Assembly (NCBI RefSeq): GCF_038025025.1
Contig: NW_027117340.1
Location: 1,736,001 to 1,800,000, forward strand
DNA length: 64,000 bases
DNA from: Phyllosticta citribraziliensis
Lineage: Eukaryota
Reading direction: 5' to 3'
The notes beneath the pieces are model-generated. The model had not been told where the DNA came from. It was given only the letters and a program-made list of their open reading frames with translations, and ran no database searches. This document shows positions 38,344 to 49,909 of this stretch, in pieces (the stretch's first letter is position 1; each line of letters starts with the position of its first letter). The translations under genes and the position numbers were made by a program.

Positions 38344-39558
38344 ATGAAGCGCGACAACAAGACCTCGAGCCGCGGCTCCAAGCGACGCCCTGGCGCTGCG
38401 CGCACCGATCGCGACGGCGACATCTCCATGGACGCTCGCCCTCAGAACACCAACAGAATCGGCAAGGCCAGCTCGCGTGGCGGCCCTTCGCGGTCCAATG
38501 GCCGACCAACCGTCAACACCAACGCTCTGCAGCGCGAGCTTTCCAAACAGACAAACAATGGCGCCTCCTCAATAGCCAGATCTTCGCGACCCGCACAATC
38601 TCCGGCCTCCACAATTAAAGTCCAGTTCAGAATCACTGGTTTCAAAGCAAGCAAGGCCTCAATCAACGAAGATGGCGGAGTCGGCTCTCTCGTCGCCTTC
38701 CTCGAGAAGAAGGTGACATTCAACATGCAAAAGAATGCAAAGAGCAGGGGCGTCGCTCCGCCGGAGCCTGTCAAGATCAAGCGATACATCACCGAAAGCC
38801 TGGACTCGCTCCTCGTCACCGTCACAAGCTTGGAATCGTCTTACCTCCGGCGACTGGACGGCTGGATATTTGCCGGCAAGCCATTGAAGATTGTGCCTGC
38901 GGACAAAGACAGCCCCGACCGGGAGCCAGAGCAACCCGGAAGCAGCAGCGCAGAGCTCATGGCTGTATTCCTCAAGGTGCTCGACCGCCGTTACTCTACC
39001 GAAAACAAACTGCTCGACCTCAGTGCCATTGGCCAAGATCCCGACCTCGTCAACCTGGGCATTTTCAACACGGCGTCCACGACCAACAAATGCTTCCCGG
39101 CCTTGATGAAGACACTCGACAAGCAATTCAAGACGGCCACGGAAAAGAGGGAAGCGATTCAGAGCATCCTGCTGCAAAACAACCAACTCTCAGACCTCAA
39201 GGTCATCAGCTCATTAGCGGCCACCCTTCCCGACCTCAAGAACCTCGACCTGTCCAACAACAACATCTCACAACTCGCCGATCTGGACCCGCTCAGACGA
39301 AAGCTCCGCAAGCTCGACCACCTCATCCTGTCGACAAACCCCCTCGAGCAAGCTGTCCCGAACTGGCACGAAGAAGTCATTCGCTGGTTCCCGACGCTGC
39401 GCTTCCTCAACACCGTCCAGATCCGCTCAGACGAAGAGGCTGCCGCCGCCGCAGCCAAAGCCAATCCCCCTCCACGCGGTGGCATTGGCAATCCCGGACG
39501 CCCCCCCGTCGCTGGCGAAGACAGCGCCGTTGCATCGATGGAATGGGAGGAGCTCTAA
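38344..39558 (+). CDS. MEX67: mRNA export factor Mex67/NXF1-like protein, N-terminal/RRM-like region plus LRR only (404 aa)
   Basis: DRDGDISMD N-terminal motif; LVAFLEKK; LDGWIFAGKPLKI; RRYSTENKLLDLSAIGQDPDL; LAATLPDLKNLDLSNN; LDHLILSTNP; FPTLRFLNTVQIR. No NTF2-like or UBA domain follows. Confidence 0.8.
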   Translation: MKRDNKTSSRGSKRRPGAARTDRDGDISMDARPQNTNRIGKASSRGGPSRSNGRPTVNTNALQRELSKQTNNGASSIARSSRPAQSPASTIKVQFRITGFKASKASINEDGGVGSLVAFLEKKVTFNMQKNAKSRGVAPPEPVKIKRYITESLDSLLVTVTSLESSYLRRLDGWIFAGKPLKIVPADKDSPDREPEQPGSSSAELMAVFLKVLDRRYSTENKLLDLSAIGQDPDLVNLGIFNTASTTNKCFPALMKTLDKQFKTATEKREAIQSILLQNNQLSDLKVISSLAATLPDLKNLDLSNNNISQLADLDPLRRKLRKLDHLILSTNPLEQAVPNWHEEVIRWFPTLRFLNTVQIRSDEEAAAAAAKANPPPRGGIGNPGRPPVAGEDSAVASMEWEEL

Positions 39559-39930
39559 AATTCCTGTACAAATCGCAGACGGAGTCAAGGCATGTCATCA
39601 GTTGGGATTAGCTAGTCATTTTGCAGCGTCTTTCGACGCATCCACCTGGATGGGACAATTACATTTCTTCTGGTTTTTGGATGCTCATAATCATCTTCGA
39701 ATTTTCTCTTCGTACTTTTTCTCTTGTAAGGTGACTTTTGGAACGGGAGCAGCTCTGAATACCAATTGCAGACGGAGTCAAGGCGTGTCATCAGTTGGAG
39801 ATAGCTTGTCGTTTTAAAGCGTCTTTCGACGCATCCACCAGCATGGGGAAATTCTATTACTTCTGGTTTCGATACTACCACTCGGTCATCTTCGTTCTAT
39901 TTCACTTCTCATTCAATGTAATTGTTGACA
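39540..39930 (+). repeat. ~200-bp diverged tandem duplication spanning the MEX67-like stop codon and 3' UTR
   Basis: Copy 1 (from 39540): GAATGGGAGGAGCTCTAA...GCAGACGGAGTCAAGGCATGTCATCAGTTGG...GCGTCTTTCGACGCATCCACC. Copy 2 (from 39740): GAACGGGAGCAGCTCTGA...GCAGACGGAGTCAAGGCGTGTCATCAGTTGG...GCGTCTTTCGACGCATCCACC. Confidence 0.9.
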
Positions 39931-41735
39931 CCAGCCAATGCAAACAATGCAAACAATCCAACCAACTACCGTCTACCTACACACTAGCTGCTACTACAGT
40001 GACCCTGCATTTGACGAGTGTCTCCGGCTGTCTGTGCTGCAGGTGCAGGTGCAGTCCCCAACTACCGCGCGTAAGGCAAGGCGAGGCGAGGCAAGGCAGG
40101 TCAGCACTCTATTTTTGATACTCGGCGCGATGGAAGGAGGGTCGTGCATCTTTGCGTGGATCCTTCGACTCGCGTCGGCCGTGGAGATCGCCTCAGGGTC
40201 TGTCTGCCTGCCTGCCTGTCCCCTCCGTTGGGACTGCCTGTACGTCTACCCATGTGCCGCTTTCGCAGCCGCAAAGAGCGCGGCGGCACAAGAATGTGGG
40301 CAATCGAATTGACGGGAGTGACACACAGAAGAAGAGCTTGTTCTCGATGAGGAATCGGGTTGAATTGAATACCCGTGGTCATGCACCACAGACCTACCTC
40401 TCAATCGAACATCCCCGTCTAGCAACAAAACACATACATCAAGGTTTGTCATTGTTGAGTGAACCGATGGCCGCCGACACAGGCACATAGCGGAGTTTTC
40501 CATGAGACTAGTCATGTTCAACGTCGATACTAATCACGTTCAACATCCATACAACCTTACCTTACCTTCCCACTCTCCACTTCGGCTTTCTTGTTCGAGG
40601 AGGTCCGCATGTGTTTTGCTCTGCTGTCAGTGTACGCAAACACCTCAGCCACGCCCGCCGATCACATCTCCACTCTTGAGCGTCCGTCTCCACTGCTAGC
40701 CGCGCAACACGCAGATCCAGCCATGACCATCGAACATGTCGCGCGGCCGCCACGCCAGTGCAGTGACGCGTTCTCGAGCTCCAACGATTGGCCTGTTTTC
40801 TTTCGCCTTCCGCGGGATTGGCGCGAGCGGTAGCGCGTTGGGAGTTCGATTGAACGGGACGGTGGCAAATGTTGATTAATCGGCATTGAGTGGGAAGCGG
40901 CAGTCCTGGCTGGCCACGACAGCCAACCACGTCGCGTTCGTGCCGGTAATTTGACCAAAAGTCAAAAGCTTTCTCACGTCAAAAGCTTGGACGACGAAAA
41001 TGCTTCGTCCACTGTTGCGTCAACCGTGATTGGAGCCGGGAACCGCATCCATGGATGGAACGTCGAACTGCCGAGCTGCCGAAGACCACACGGATGCAGC
41101 CAGACCAGGGCGCAGCAGGGCCAGCAGCAGCAGCAGCAGACAAGAGCGGTCGTCGGAACGGACAAAAGCCATCAAGCGAACGAGGAGCACAAGATAGACG
41201 CCAGACAGGCGTATGGCGAGGGCAGCGAAACACTGTAGATCAGGTCCAAGCGCGTGGTCTAGGCGTGCTTGGGACTGCTTCCACAGATAGACTTGGGGCT
41301 GGCTGGTGATGGCGATGATGACGACGACGCGTCCTCTCGGCGGTCCGGCACGCATCTCCAGTCGTCACTCGTCGCTCGGGCCCTGGACGGAGCGGGGCGT
41401 GGCGTGCGTGGTGATGACTGCAGAGAGGAGATGGTGTTCGTGGCGGATGGTGGTGTGGTGCGGTGCGGTGCGGTGGGGAGATGGTGGCGCAGGACGGACA
41501 GAGCCGTTGGCTGCGGCGGCGCCGGCGCGAGGACAGGGGTTGTGGCCGTGTCCGGTACCAGGCATGAAGGCAGAAACTGGGTCAGGGAGACGAGAAGCGT
41601 GATGGGATTCCTTGGGTGAAAAGAATTAGGGAACGGCATACCTGTGAGGCTGAAGGGTCTGAGCTAGGTAGATTGATAAAGCGACAATGCATGTCACTTG
41701 ACAAATCAGACGACGGGGACAGGTCGACTCGAGTG

Positions 41736-41760
41736 AAAAAAAAAAAAAAAAAAAAAAAAA
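41736..41760. repeat. Poly(A) tract, 25 nt
   Basis: Read directly; intergenic. Confidence 0.95.
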
Positions 41761-43445
41761 GACTTTGTGAGCCAAGCAGCATTTGATCGCCTAGCATGTG
41801 GAAAGAGGCTGCGGCTACGTGTGCCACGGCTTTTTACCCAAGCCTTGGGTGTTGCCAGGGAGCGCAGAGCTTGACGAGATGGCTTCAGAGCTAGCGGTGG
41901 CGTGAGTAGCGGCAGGGCCCGCCGCGGGAAGCGCGCCGGTCGACTGAGGTGAGCAGCCAGAGGGAGAAGTTGAGGGCCTTGGTTGGCGAAGGACAAGGGC
42001 TTTGCTATCTTCCTGAACGGAAGAGCGCAACACCAAAACTTGCCGGTCAATGGTGCGAGATGGCAGAAGAAGAAAAAATCTCAATGCCCTGCCACGACGA
42101 GCCGAAGGCCAAGGCACATCTTGTCGGTCTTGGATGCCGTCAAGCGCAGCGCCGAGAAGCGTGCCTGGTGCTGGTGCTGTGTGTCGAGCTAGAGCATGTT
42201 CGGGGGATACGGGAGTCCGGTCGGGATCCTGGCTGGTTGGGGTTGGTTGGAGCAACAGCACAGGCGGTCAAGCGGTCGGCGTTTTCAGTGATGCGCAGAG
42301 GCTTTTTTGTTCGAGGTGCGTAGAGGATTCTGGAATTGTTTCCGACGGGCGTTGCATCCCAGAGGTGCCAACGGCGGCATGGAAGCAAACGGACCGGATC
42401 GCAAAGTCGACATGTCGGCGAATGGAAAATTGTGAGCAGGAGATTTGGAGGACAGGTCGAGGAGGGAGCATCCTGATAAAACTGCCATGAAGCACGCGCT
42501 GTTCGCTGAAACTGGCTGCAGCTAGACACCCTTGCAGTGTCGGGTAGAAGAGACATGACCTGCATGGTACGGGAGCGCGCGGAAGCATGGTGGGTTGGCA
42601 GATGCAGGCACAGCTGAGCGGCCGAGAGACTAACACGAGTCGTGTGGCACGCGCCGCGAGGCAATAATGGCAGACGGTTGCGATGCTGGGCCGACGGTTG
42701 CGGGCGGACGAGGGCGCCGACGAGGACGCCGACGAGGGCAGCGAGAACAGGCAGGGTTTGGATGGATGAGGTCGAGTGGATGCGGGGACGGTGCCGTCGT
42801 CATCAGGGTGCACTGGACCAGAGAGAGGTATTCGGTTGTAGACAGGAACTGAAGAGATATGTGATGATGTCGAGGAATGCAGACGACGTAAGACTTCGCT
42901 TCGAAGGAATTCGGGCATCACCACCGCACCACGACAACGCAGTCGAGACGTGGCCGGTAACACGATCAGGTCGTGTGGAGGCTGTGCTTCCCTCCCCTCC
43001 ATGTCCGTCCCCTCCCCAGATTCATGTCCGTCGAGTTGCACTCTCGATGCCCGCCCGCCGCGTCCTCCATGCCCTCCAATCATTAACTAGCTCCTCCTCC
43101 CGCGCCCTTCCTTGAGTAAAAGCCAACCTCCAACTTATTGTGGCCTGCCCGTCATCATTCCCTTTTTCTTCCTCCCGTCCAGCTACCTGTTCCTTCGTTG
43201 TCCAGCTATCGTCCATCACCTCCACCATTCGAACTTCTCTGTGCTCCGGCCCCCAGCTGCCACGCCGCATCTGCACCGTCCAGGGCTCACACTGCGCCCG
43301 CCGCTCGCTTGGTGCATGATAGCTGCCCGTATTACCCTTTTCCTGCGACCCTTTTGATTAATCCAGAGCCCACACCGTCCACCGACCCATAATTCCCCAT
43401 CTTTCGGGCCTTCGCCGGGACACAGCCCTGACGACCGGACGCACA

Positions 43446-44917
43446 ATGGACGCCCGCCACCAACATCAGCGACCGCGGTCCAAGAGCGGCTTTAGCTTCA
43501 AAAGCGAAAAGAGTGATAAGAGCCATGACTCCAAATCCGACAACGTCAAGCGCCCCAAGATCAGGGACTTGCGCGAGACGCCCGCCGAAAAGCACAAACG
43601 TCACTTGAGCGGCAACACCAAGGCCAACCCCAACGCTGCCATGGAGGAAGCCCAGCCCAGTCAGTGCACTCTCCACCCCCAGCTTTTGCGCCCGCCCGAC
43701 CAACACTGACACAACTCTTCTGCAGTCGCTCAGCAGCTCGAGGCCGCCACATTGGGCTCACTCCGCGCCATCCAGCACAAGGACGAGCACGGGAATCCAA
43801 TTTGTGAGTTCTCTGCGACCGGACCGTTTCATCTTTTTCTTCTAACACAAACACCAGCCGATCCCGATCTATCCAACCCTACCCGTTCTCGCTGGGAGCG
43901 TCCGCTCGACACGATCCGCAAGTTTGAGCAGCAGATTGATGGAGAATACAAACGTACGTGTTGCGATAGTCATCAGGCAACAGCTTGCGGCCTATCTACG
44001 CCACATCAAGGCGACCGGCGCTGACAGCAAGCAGAGTCCTCCAACCCCGAATTCAGCGGTTACACGAGCCGTCGGAGCAGCTACCACGGAGGAGGTGCGT
44101 TCTTGTCTTTGTCTCTTTTGCTCTGCATTCTGCTGCCTCCATCCCTTTGTTCGAAATGCTCGGGAGATCGCTGCCCTGCACTGGCCCTTTGGGCTGCCCC
44201 CTCCCGTCTTGGCGCCGACCCACCCAAATCGTTGATCAACCGAGGTGCTAATTTTGGTTCTCGTTACCAGGCTACGATCCGCACCGCTATAACGTCAACA
44301 ATGGCTCTCGCGCTGGTTTCTACGGCAGTGCTCCTGCTCCTGCTGCCCGCATCAACGACCCATGGTCGCCAGCTCCTGTTCAAGGGCCGCCCCGCAACCG
44401 CTATGGCCAGCGCATGGTTGCGCCCGACTACCCGCGGCAGCCCATGCCCGGCCAAGGCCTCTATCCTGGCCATGCCTACCAACACTCACGCGACACTGTG
44501 AACACGGGCTTGTCTAATAGCAGCGGAGAGCACTGGCCCAACTCAACAGACCCAAGCAGCGAGAATAGCTCCATAGAGAGGGGTCCAGTACCGCCCGTGA
44601 AAGACCCGCATGAAGCCTTCGCTTTTCAAGGGTTTGGAGGAGCCCCCGCCGTCGACGACTACGACTACGGAAACCAGGCCAGTTACGGTGCGCCGCCCGT
44701 TGGAGGCAATGGCGTCTACTATCCTCCGACCATGGCCCACGCACCGCCAAACGGCTACAGTCACATGGCACGCATGGGCGATGGCCCGCCTGAGCAGCCC
44801 ATCAGCCCTCACGTCAACACCAACGGACCCGTCTCACGCCAAGAAGTATCAGCTCACCCGCCTCCGCCGCCAGAAAAGAGAAAGAGTTGGTTCAAGCGCC
44901 GATTCAGCAAAGAGTAG
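43446..44917 (+). CDS. DUF2406-family fungal protein, multi-exon
   Basis: RPRSKSGFSFKS; ANPNAAMEEAQP; LRAIQHKDEHGNPI|ADPDLSNPTRSRWERPLDTIRKFE; ends KRKSWFKRRFSKE. Confidence 0.85.
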
Positions 44918-45252
44918 GAAAACTGAGCCCTGGCTGGTTCGCAGCGGCCTCGCGTTTTGCCGCCGAGGAATAATGAAATCCAGCCCGCGGCTGTATAATG
45001 ATTTGGAATTTTGGGTTTGCATTTCGGAGCAGGCGTATTTGGTTCTAACAGATTCCCCGCTTTTTATTGTCAAATTTCGAAGGAAGGATTGCTCTGGGAT
45101 GTGTGCTCTATTGTCCCGTTTTCTGCCAGCTTGATGGGTTATGGGCTGAAGTAGCGATTTCCGCTTCGGCCAATAGAAGCAGTCACGTATTTTCCTAGGT
45201 ATATACGCTTATTGCGCCACTGGCTTTTGTGGTGACCTCAGTGCTTCTGCAA

Positions 45253-45752
45253 CTATCTTGACTTTTTCTCCTTGGACTCTGCTTCCAATCTTTCTGATTG
45301 ATCCTCCTTGAAGGCGACGACGACGTAGGCGATGAGTACGACGTTGGCCATGACGGCTGCAAGGCCTCCCGCCAGAGTTGAGTTTCCTGATGAAATAAGC
45401 ACAGCAGAGATGACGGAAAACAAGAGGTGGCAACACACCTCCGAAGATCGTGTTGACGGTCAGGAAATACGAGCCGATTGGCAATGCAATCATGGCGAGA
45501 GTAAAGCCTAGTAGCTTGATAATGACGGACCTGGGCCATGTCAGCACGTCGGGCGCTTGTGTTGTTGCGTTGGCGCACGTCTTGATGAGACGGACGGGTG
45601 CCACGCAGTCACGAGAAAAGTAAATGAACAATGGAAACGCACGCGGGGACGGCCGGAGCGATGCTGCTGTCAGAGCTCGAGGACGCAGCGACGGCGCCAT
45701 CGTCTTGGTCGAGCAGCGTCTTCTCGTTCGTTGCGATGCGGCGCGAAGTCAT
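45253..45752 (-). CDS. VMA21: V-ATPase assembly integral membrane protein (exons 45752-45643, 45530-45439, 45386-45253)
   Basis: MTSRRIATNEKTLLD...APAVPASVIIKLLGFTLAMIALPIGSYF...GGNSTLAGGLAAVMANVVLIAYVVVAFKEDQ; C-terminal KKSR (KKxx ER retrieval). Confidence 0.93.
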
Positions 45753-46240
45753 GGCTGTGATGCAATTGATTGACGTCGAGTCCAGTCTGTTGGTGTTCGC
45801 TTGTCCGGCTGGGGGTGCGGGAGATGGCCTGCGGCGACGCGCCCGGTGCCAAGATTTGCGGAGGCCGAGGGCGGTGAGACACGGAATCTGGCCCGCCGCA
45901 CAGACCAGACTCGACAGTGAAGTTCGCGGAGCCTCTCATCGCGTCTTTTGCAGGCTCGCCTTCACTTTCACTTCACCACCAACCAACCCCATCTTCCCTC
46001 CGCCGACACGTCTCACTGACCACCACCGCTCGACCCTCTTCGCTCAGACTCTCCCGTGTCGGCTCCTTTGTTCCTCTTGAACATCTTCCGTCGTTTGCCC
46101 TGCGCGCATACCCACACAAACCCAACGCGCCTCTTGTCCAAACCACCGCGCGGCTCTACCTCTCACGCCACTCTTCGCCGTTTCGCTCAAGCCAAACTCC
46201 ACACTACTTCGACATCGATCGCTACAATTCCTCGCCCGTC

Positions 46241-49200
46241 ATGGACAGCGATCGCGTGGCAGAATCACCGCCAAAGCGCAGAACTTCTCCGGTGCCACAC
46301 CAAAACGCTGACCATAAGCGTCAAAAGACGTCACCAAATGGTGGCTACAACAGCTCCCAGGATAGTGGAGACGACCTGTTTGACGAGCATACGATTGCTA
46401 CCCTGCCTTTGACGAGCCCTTTCAAGCCCCGGCAAGTCCAGTCGCCGCACTTCTCGTCCGTCGCGAACGGTGCTCCAAATACAACCCAGCCCACCCAGAT
46501 TTTAGACACGCCCATTGCGCGCCGGACTGATCCCAACTCCGTCGTCCAAGTCGCTGCATCCTCTCCCCTCGTCTCGAACCGCGCAGCAACATCACCTTTC
46601 ACTTCGCCGACCTCCAAACATCGAGTCTCCGGCATCGCCCCGCCAGGCACATCCTTTCGTCCTCCGCCGCGCGTATCCAGCGCTCAGACGCAGCCGGACT
46701 ACGATTCTCCCATCGTAGACTCGTCTGATGACGATCGAGCCACCTCCAAAGCCGAAATCAAACCTTCACTGGCGCCACCGAAGCTCAAAGCAAAAATCCC
46801 TCCTCCTCCTAATGCTGCGCCTTCTGCCTTCCAATCAATGATGAACTCATTTCGCCACGATGATGGAAACGCGACCAGGAGTGCCCCGCCTAAGCGCCCG
46901 CAACTTGGTCCTGCTGTTGACAAGAAGTTTGGCTTTCCTGAAATGACCGCCAAAGACATTGGCGACTATGTGGTGACGAAAAAGGTGGAGCGAATGGCGT
47001 CAGCATTTTCTAACAAAAGAATATACGACCTCTACAATGCTCTCATGACCTGCCATGGCGAACCCAACGACGCCATGGCATATCTTGTGGAACAGGAAGA
47101 GAAGGAGCGACAAAACCCGCAGAAGCAGGCTAGCACTCAGGAGAAAAAGCCTCAGCGCGAAACTATCGACCTCACGTCGTCCGACAACGATGAATCACCG
47201 AAGAAACCGGTGCCCAAGACGTCTACGACACTAAAGAAGGACTCCAAATCAACAAAGTCGCTCAATGACAAGTGGGGCGTCAAGGCCGGCCCATCCACCA
47301 CGGTTCAACGCGCCCCAGCAAAGCGCACTGCGCCGGCAGACGATGATGCCGACTCGTCCCCCGTCAAGCCGGTTCAGCGAAGACGTCTCGTCAAGGGTAC
47401 GCGTCCCATCCGCGAGAGCAGCCCAGAAGTTCAAGAAAGTCCAAAGCCGGTCCAGTCCCGCAAAAAGAATGTCATCACGATTGATTCTGAACCCGAGTCG
47501 GACGCCGCCGAAACGCCCGAGGAACAAGATGAGGATGCCGACCTTGACAGCGACGATCGTATTCTTAAGTGGATCAACACCTGCGAGCCCCGCGACCTGG
47601 CCGACACCTCTAACCAGCCACTCGATGTCGCTGAGGGCCTTCTCGCCATGCGTCCGTTCAAGTCTCTCGAAGCTGTCCGCAAAGCTGACATTAGCCCGCC
47701 TCCCACTGGGAAGAGGCGCACCGTCCGCAAGACGACTGGTGAAAAGGTCATGGATGTCGTTGAAGAAATGTGGGTCGGTTACGAGGCAATCGATGAGCTT
47801 GTCACCGAGTGCACCTCCAAAGGTCGTCCCATTGCTGCTGAGATGAAGAAATGGGGCATCGACATTTTCGGCACGTCCAAGGATGGCGAGCTGGCCATCA
47901 CGAACCTCGAAGAGGCCGCTAAGCACGACTCTGGCATTGGCACCCCAGCTTCATCTGCCCCTGCCGACGATGACGACGAGGTCGCCAGCAAGCGCAAGTC
48001 CAAGTTTTTACAAAAGCCCTCAATCATGGCCAACGACCTTGTCCTCAAGGATTATCAAATTGTCGGCTTGAACTGGCTCAAGCTGATTTGGTCGCAAAAA
48101 ATGTCGTGCATTCTTGCCGACGAAATGGGTCTTGGCAAGACGTGCCAGGTCATTGCCTTTCTGACGCACCTCTACGAGATTGGCCACACTGGACCGCATC
48201 TGATCATTGTACCTGGGTCCACATTGGAAAACTGGCTCATTGAGATAAACAAGTTCTCGCCAGAGTTGGGTGCTAGGACTCAGCCTTACTACGGCTCCCA
48301 GGCCGACCGCGCCGACCTCAGGGCAAAAATCGAAGACGAGCGGGATAGCATTTCCATCGTTGTCACGACCTATGACACCGCATGCCGCAACAAGGACGAC
48401 AACAAGTTCCTTCGCATTTTGAGTCCCCAAGTTTGCGTTTTTGACGAAGCCCACGTCTTGCGTAACTCTCAATCCAAGAGATACAAGGAACTCATGCGCA
48501 TCCCCGCCGAATTCAGACTCCTTTTGACGGGCACGCCCCTCCAGAATAATTTGCAGGAGCTCGTTTCGCTGCTAGCCTTCCTCATGCCAGACGTCTTCAG
48601 CAACCACGAGGAGTACCTCCAGTACATTTTCAAAAACAAGGCCAAGACGACCGACGATGATCACGGCGCTTTGTTGTCAGCACGCCGCATCGAGAAGGCT
48701 CGATCAATGATGACGCCGTTTATCTTGCGTCGCAAGAAGCAACAGGTGCTCAAGTCTATGCCGCCCAAAACTTGCCGGGTCGAATACTGCGACCTGCTCC
48801 CCAGTCAAAAGCGTATCTATGACGAGTATCTGGCCAGGCAGCAAAAGGTCTGGGCCGACAAGCTGGCTGGCAAGCCGAAGACTGACAGCGCAAATGTCAT
48901 GATGAAGCTTCGTCAAGCAGCAATCCATCCGCTCCTCCATCGCAGGATCTACGATGATGAAAAGATTGCAAAGATGACCAAGGAGTATATTCGCAAGAAT
49001 GGCGGCGTCTACCAGGATGCCTACGAGGACTTGGAGTATCGTGATGACATGGGTGTTCACGAAGCTTGTCTGTACTTCAAGTGCCTCAACAAGTACGCCC
49101 TCAACAATGACGAATGGATGGATAGCGGCAAAGTGCAAAAGCTCAAGGAGCTCCTCGTCAAATTTCGCGAAAACGGCGACCGAGTTCTTGTCTTTTCCCA

Positions 49201-49909
49201 ATTTACACGCGTCATGGACATTCTCGAGCACGTCCTCACGACTCTCGACATGCAAGCTCTCCGCCTCGACGGCTCGACGCCCATTGTCGAGCGCCAGGAT
49301 CTCATCAACAGGTTCAACAACGACCCGTCTATCCCTGTATTCATGCTGTCGACGCGCTCTGGCGGCACTGGCATTAATCTCGCCTGTGCCAACAAGGTCG
49401 TCATCTTCGACTCGTCCTTCAACCCACAGGATGACATTCAGGCCGAGAACCGCGCACACCGCGTCGGTCAGACCCGTGAGGTCGAAGTCATCCGTCTTGT
49501 CACCAAGGGCACCATTGAGGAGCAGATCCATGCACTTGGTGAAAGCAAGCTCGCCCTCGATGCGCGCGTCGCCGGCGAAGAGGCAGCCAACGGTGAAGAC
49601 TCGGACGCTCCAGCTCGAGGCAGGGGAAAGGCGGCAGCGGCCCCCAAGCAAGCCATTGACCCCGGTGCATCTCTCAACAAGGCGGACAAGCGTGGCCTCG
49701 CCATGGTTGAGCAGATGATGATGCAATGCGTCGAGGGACAGAATCACAAGGACGAAGATGGAGGTGCGCCGAACGAAGACACGAAAATGGAAGACGCGGA
49801 TGCTCCCTTGCCGACGGGCCAGCAGGACCAACAACAGCAAGACAGCTTGAAGGTCGATTTCAAAGAGGGCCTCAAGCAGGCGGGCGTCAGCGTCGCCGAG
49901 TCGCAGTGA
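46241..49909 (+). CDS. FUN30: SNF2-family chromatin remodeller, Fun30/Fft/SMARCAD1 subfamily (intronless)
   Basis: LKDYQIVGLNWL, ILADEMGLGKTCQVIAF, PGSTLENW, FDEAH, LLTGTPLQNNLQEL, MMTPFILRRKK, FSQFT, DSSFNPQDDIQAENRAHRVGQTREVEV. First ATG at 46241. Confidence 0.92.
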   Translation: MDSDRVAESPPKRRTSPVPHQNADHKRQKTSPNGGYNSSQDSGDDLFDEHTIATLPLTSPFKPRQVQSPHFSSVANGAPNTTQPTQILDTPIARRTDPNSVVQVAASSPLVSNRAATSPFTSPTSKHRVSGIAPPGTSFRPPPRVSSAQTQPDYDSPIVDSSDDDRATSKAEIKPSLAPPKLKAKIPPPPNAAPSAFQSMMNSFRHDDGNATRSAPPKRPQLGPAVDKKFGFPEMTAKDIGDYVVTKKVERMASAFSNKRIYDLYNALMTCHGEPNDAMAYLVEQEEKERQNPQKQASTQEKKPQRETIDLTSSDNDESPKKPVPKTSTTLKKDSKSTKSLNDKWGVKAGPSTTVQRAPAKRTAPADDDADSSPVKPVQRRRLVKGTRPIRESSPEVQESPKPVQSRKKNVITIDSEPESDAAETPEEQDEDADLDSDDRILKWINTCEPRDLADTSNQPLDVAEGLLAMRPFKSLEAVRKADISPPPTGKRRTVRKTTGEKVMDVVEEMWVGYEAIDELVTECTSKGRPIAAEMKKWGIDIFGTSKDGELAITNLEEAAKHDSGIGTPASSAPADDDDEVASKRKSKFLQKPSIMANDLVLKDYQIVGLNWLKLIWSQKMSCILADEMGLGKTCQVIAFLTHLYEIGHTGPHLIIVPGSTLENWLIEINKFSPELGARTQPYYGSQADRADLRAKIEDERDSISIVVTTYDTACRNKDDNKFLRILSPQVCVFDEAHVLRNSQSKRYKELMRIPAEFRLLLTGTPLQNNLQELVSLLAFLMPDVFSNHEEYLQYIFKNKAKTTDDDHGALLSARRIEKARSMMTPFILRRKKQQVLKSMPPKTCRVEYCDLLPSQKRIYDEYLARQQKVWADKLAGKPKTDSANVMMKLRQAAIHPLLHRRIYDDEKIAKMTKEYIRKNGGVYQDAYEDLEYRDDMGVHEACLYFKCLNKYALNNDEWMDSGKVQKLKELLVKFRENGDRVLVFSQFTRVMDILEHVLTTLDMQALRLDGSTPIVERQDLINRFNNDPSIPVFMLSTRSGGTGINLACANKVVIFDSSFNPQDDIQAENRAHRVGQTREVEVIRLVTKGTIEEQIHALGESKLALDARVAGEEAANGEDSDAPARGRGKAAAAPKQAIDPGASLNKADKRGLAMVEQMMMQCVEGQNHKDEDGGAPNEDTKMEDADAPLPTGQQDQQQQDSLKVDFKEGLKQAGVSVAESQ

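Noticed and set aside
40000..43400. Long gene-free interval with poly(A) and short simple repeats; considered as transposon, retrocopy tail or structured ncRNA
   Set aside because: No terminal repeats, target-site duplication, transposase/RT ORF or recognisable RNA motif seen; probably regulatory sequence of the DUF2406 gene.
45917..46240. 108-aa N-terminal extension of FUN30 from a GTG start
   Set aside because: Non-ATG start in pyrimidine-rich UTR-like sequence; the first ATG is at 46241.
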